Source: Eledone cirrhosa
Taxonomy: Eukaryota
DNA length: 64,000 nt
Assembly (NCBI GenBank): GCA_964016885.1
Contig: OZ024742.1
Location: forward strand, 98,208,001 to 98,272,000
Reading direction: 5' to 3'
Both the position numbers and the translations under genes were made by a program. How positions within the stretch are numbered: the stretch's first letter is position 1; each line of letters begins with the position of its first letter. Under the pieces are notes generated by a model that saw only the letters and a program-made list of their open reading frames with translations, was not told where the DNA came from and did no database searches. Of this stretch, positions 60,813 through 64,000 are shown piece by piece.

Positions 60813-61825
60813 CAAGTGGACGCTTAGTAAAATCGAAGCTTTGGCTGCGGCCAAGCAAAGTCGACCTACAATTAGGAATGAGTAGCAAAGCACTCAATAA
60901 GGGTAGGCCCTCAGAGTAATAACATACGTTTAGATAGCTTGATAAATTGAAAATTGTAGCATGCAAAATCCAGCAATACAATACAAAAACAACGAAAAAT
61001 CAGGTTAGACAACATGATCGAACAGGGGATTCACGTCATCGACAGGTATTTCGTTCTATGCCTCAAACCGGTGTGAACTACAACTCATGAGGACTGCTAC
61101 AATAGACAGCCTTCCGTCTTTCGATATCACGTGTTATTTCCAACAAGGGAAGTAACCCCGGTTTTTGGCGGGGAAATTCAAAGTGTTAACAAAGGAAAAT
61201 AATTCCGCTCAACATTCCGAATAAAAGCTCTCCACTAGACGTTATTAAACAAACATAAATAATTAACCAATCAACAGAATTATCTACTTAAATTAATTAT
61301 TTAATTATTAGGTCTAGGTGATGCAAGTGGACGCTTAGTAAAATCGAAGTTTTAGCTTCGGCCAAGCAAAATCGACCTACAATTAGGAATGAGTAGCAAA
61401 GCACTCAATAAGTGTAGGTTCTTAGAGTAATAACTGTTTCTACTTTTGGCACAAGGCCAGCAATTACCCAGTGTATTAAGAATATTAGTAATAATTGTTT
61501 CTAATTTTGGCACAAGGCCAGCAATTACTCAGTACATTACTGGTACTTTTTTATCGACCCCGTAAGGAGGAAAGGCAAAGTTGACCTCGGCGGTCATAAC
61601 ATACGTTTAGATAGCTTGACAAATTGGAAATTGTGGCATGCAAAATCCAGCAATACAATACCAAAACAACGAAAAATAAGGTTAGACAACAGACCTGGAC
61701 AAATCGAACGATATTCTGCAATACGCCCGATATGTTTCTATGAATCTGAAATCATCAATCAAACTTACGTAATACGTAAGCTTGTGGTATTCTATGATCG
61801 AACAGGGGATTCACGTCATCGATAT
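60813..61825. repeat. Direct duplication (60813-61042 and 61324-61822) with a SINE inserted in the second copy
   Basis: CAAGTGGACGCTTAGTAAAATCGAAG...GAACAGGGGATTCACGTCATCGA occurs twice; SINE at 61435-61595 (-). Confidence 0.85.
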
Positions 61826-62311
61826 ATATATATATACATATAAAATGTATGTTTGTATATATATATATATATATATATTGTGTGTGTGTATATGTATGTA
61901 TGTGTGTACTACATTCGCACGTAATTATGTATGTATGAATATATGTATGCATTTATCTATTCTTTTATATACTCCTATATCTGGACAAGGCATGTGTTGT
62001 TAAATGCAGAGCTATATTCAAATTTTAACTTTAGTGTAAATGTCTTCTTACATATTTTATAAGTCCTTTGATGCTCGTTTACTCGTAAATCCAGAATCTT
62101 ATCAAAGTTTAGAGACGTTGATTAAATTATGCATTTCAAATGAGATATTTGAATAAAGTGGTATACTTATAAACACATATATACAAACACACATGCAATC
62201 ACATGCACACACACATACACACATATACTCTGTCATATATATACACAATATATATATGTAGATATAATCGTATATATATATTCGTATTTATGTATGTATA
62301 TATATTCGTAA

Positions 62312-62365
<54 letters not shown>

Positions 62366-63200
62366 GGGATAACAGATTATTGTTATATGTAGTCCACTTA
62401 GGTGTAGTCCAGTTAGGGTACTCCGAGTAGTGGATGGTAAGTTTGACTCAACAAGGCGTTTCCATAGTGATGTTGCGAGTACGCGGTGATTTCTATGTTG
62501 TTTACACTTGGAGTAATGATAAATCAAGAAAGAAGAGAGACACGGTTTGCTATATGAAAAAGGTTTTTAATCACATTGCTGACAATTGTTTCTCTGAACT
62601 GTTAGGTCTAGAGATCGCTACCCGCCTGTTTTCGCGTCAATCGATCACCAATCTATAGTTGTAACCAGTTAATTCATCAGAGCTAGCGAAAATGAAGGGA
62701 ATACACAGGCATGGCTTCTATATATAGTAATGGCATTGAATCAGAACAATAACAACAATACTAACAATGCTAGCAATAAATTATTTGAAATAATCACAAC
62801 ATCAATCTAAGTAAGACATACTTACGACCTTAGCATGTAAAACGAGCTGATATGAGGCAGATGTTTGAAATTAACATGTAAAAGCTGTCATGGGTGTATT
62901 ATATATAGTGTAGAGATAAGATGGGCTTTAAACTATGTACCATTTCCTTTACCGTAGGTTTGGTGACCGTAAGAATTATTTATTTTCTGACAGATAAAAT
63001 ATTTATCATTGTAGTGAGGATAGTAATTTTTTGTGGTGTGAAGTGGATTCAATATTTATGTGGTCTATATTAGATGAAGGGATTGTTAGTTTGAATTATG
63101 GGGTTATTTAGCTTTCACATCATCAATAACATACATGTATAAGATAACATTAACAGAGTAGCAATATAATAGGTAAGTTAATACAGAGGTTAAGGAGGCA

Positions 63201-63233
<33 letters not shown>

Positions 63234-63254
63234 AAACATGCTGACTACAATTAT

Positions 63255-63438
63255 AACTGTTTCTACTTTAGGCACAAGGCCAGCAATTACCCAGTGCATT
63301 ACTGGTACTTTATTTTATCGACCCCGTAAGGATGAAAGGCAAAGTCAACCTCGGCGGGATTTGAACTCAGATCGTAAAGGGACGTAACTATGCTGGAAAG
63401 CATGGCGTCCGACCATCTACCGATACTGCCAATCCACA
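63255..63438 (-). mobile_element. tRNA-derived SINE, family A, young full copy
   Basis: Near-identical to 44545-44725. A- and B-box-like head plus a GCCTTTCATCCTTACGGGGTCGATAAAATAAAGTACCAG core that resembles the Meta-type conserved SINE domain (from memory). Confidence 0.85.
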
Positions 63439-63711
63439 ATTATAACAACAGGAGGAAGGTGATGTTTTACTCTGGTCGTATTCTGAAAATGTACTTGGAT
63501 TTAGGTTCATCTGTTGAGAATCAAGGTTGGGGAAGTTGTGTTGACAGCAGCTGAGAAGGGATATATTTATGGGTTGATAAGATATTTGCAGACATTACTG
63601 TGGTATAGAATTAAGAAGGCTAGAATCTGCTTAATGAGTATTATAGTTCTGTGGTGGTCTGTGTAATAGTGTGGATATAATATGTTGAATGCTAAGTTAT
63701 GTTGGTTCGAT

Positions 63712-64000
63712 TCACGGTGGCTTAAATCTTGTGAATTTAGTGGCGATCCTGTGTGTGCAGAAAATTGATCTTTCTATCTTGTTGTTGAGTAACCGTTTTT
63801 CATTCCTAAGGTTATACAGTAATTCAAGATCACAGAGCCTACAATAGGACATACCGGTACTGTATGCCCTTGCAGCCGCCAACCTCGACCAGTTGATATT
63901 GTAGTTGGTGTTATTGTCCTTAAGTTCCCAGATTTGTTTGGCGAGGGTTGTAGAACCTATAGTGCAGGGTTCTTCATCGAGTGCGAAAACAGGCGGGTAG
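63712..64000 (-). mobile_element. Naiad-type PLE GIY-YIG C-terminal fragment, running off the window end
   Basis: Manual translation: STTLAKQIWELKDNNTNYNINWSRLAAARAYSTGMSYCRLCDLELL...LLNNKIERSIFCTHR...FKPP*. Absent from the ORF track. Confidence 0.8.

Noticed and set aside
60934-60962. TTGATAA-att-GAAA-attg-TA as a possible U3:A8 HHR
   Set aside because: No stem II, only 2-bp stem I, and not preserved in the duplicate copy.
63255-63438. tRNA gene
   Set aside because: Only A/B-box-like SINE heads; no cloverleaf.

Overview
This is a very AT-rich, microsatellite-saturated eukaryotic intergenic or intronic window. The tRNA-SINE families and the (TA)n/(CA)n/(GA)n load suggest a cephalopod, probably Octopus (inference). 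I cannot support any intact host gene, and most listed ORFs are translations of microsatellites. Recognisable content: (i) decayed Penelope-like elements (PLEs), namely one near-full Neptune-type copy (~18.2-21.7 kb) and four Naiad-type fragments (13, 24, 33-37 and 63.7 kb); (ii) a near-full-length RTE/BovB-type LINE (40.0-44.3 kb, minus) ending in three C2H2-type fingers, abutting a short bipartite RTE derivative; (iii) older RTE and R4/Dong LINE relics; (iv) many tRNA-derived SINEs. The main hidden signal, found by hand on both strands, is about 23 type I hammerhead ribozyme (HHR) motifs from more than a dozen unrelated sequence families. Most sit in short non-coding fold-back cassettes (arm-spacer-inverted arm plus one-sided tail) inserted in (TA)n tracts. 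Three families use the compensatory U3:A8 core (UUGANAA), one has an ~105-nt stem II, and one forms a 316-bp tandem unit resembling a retrozyme. Folds were read by eye; catalytic activity is untested.
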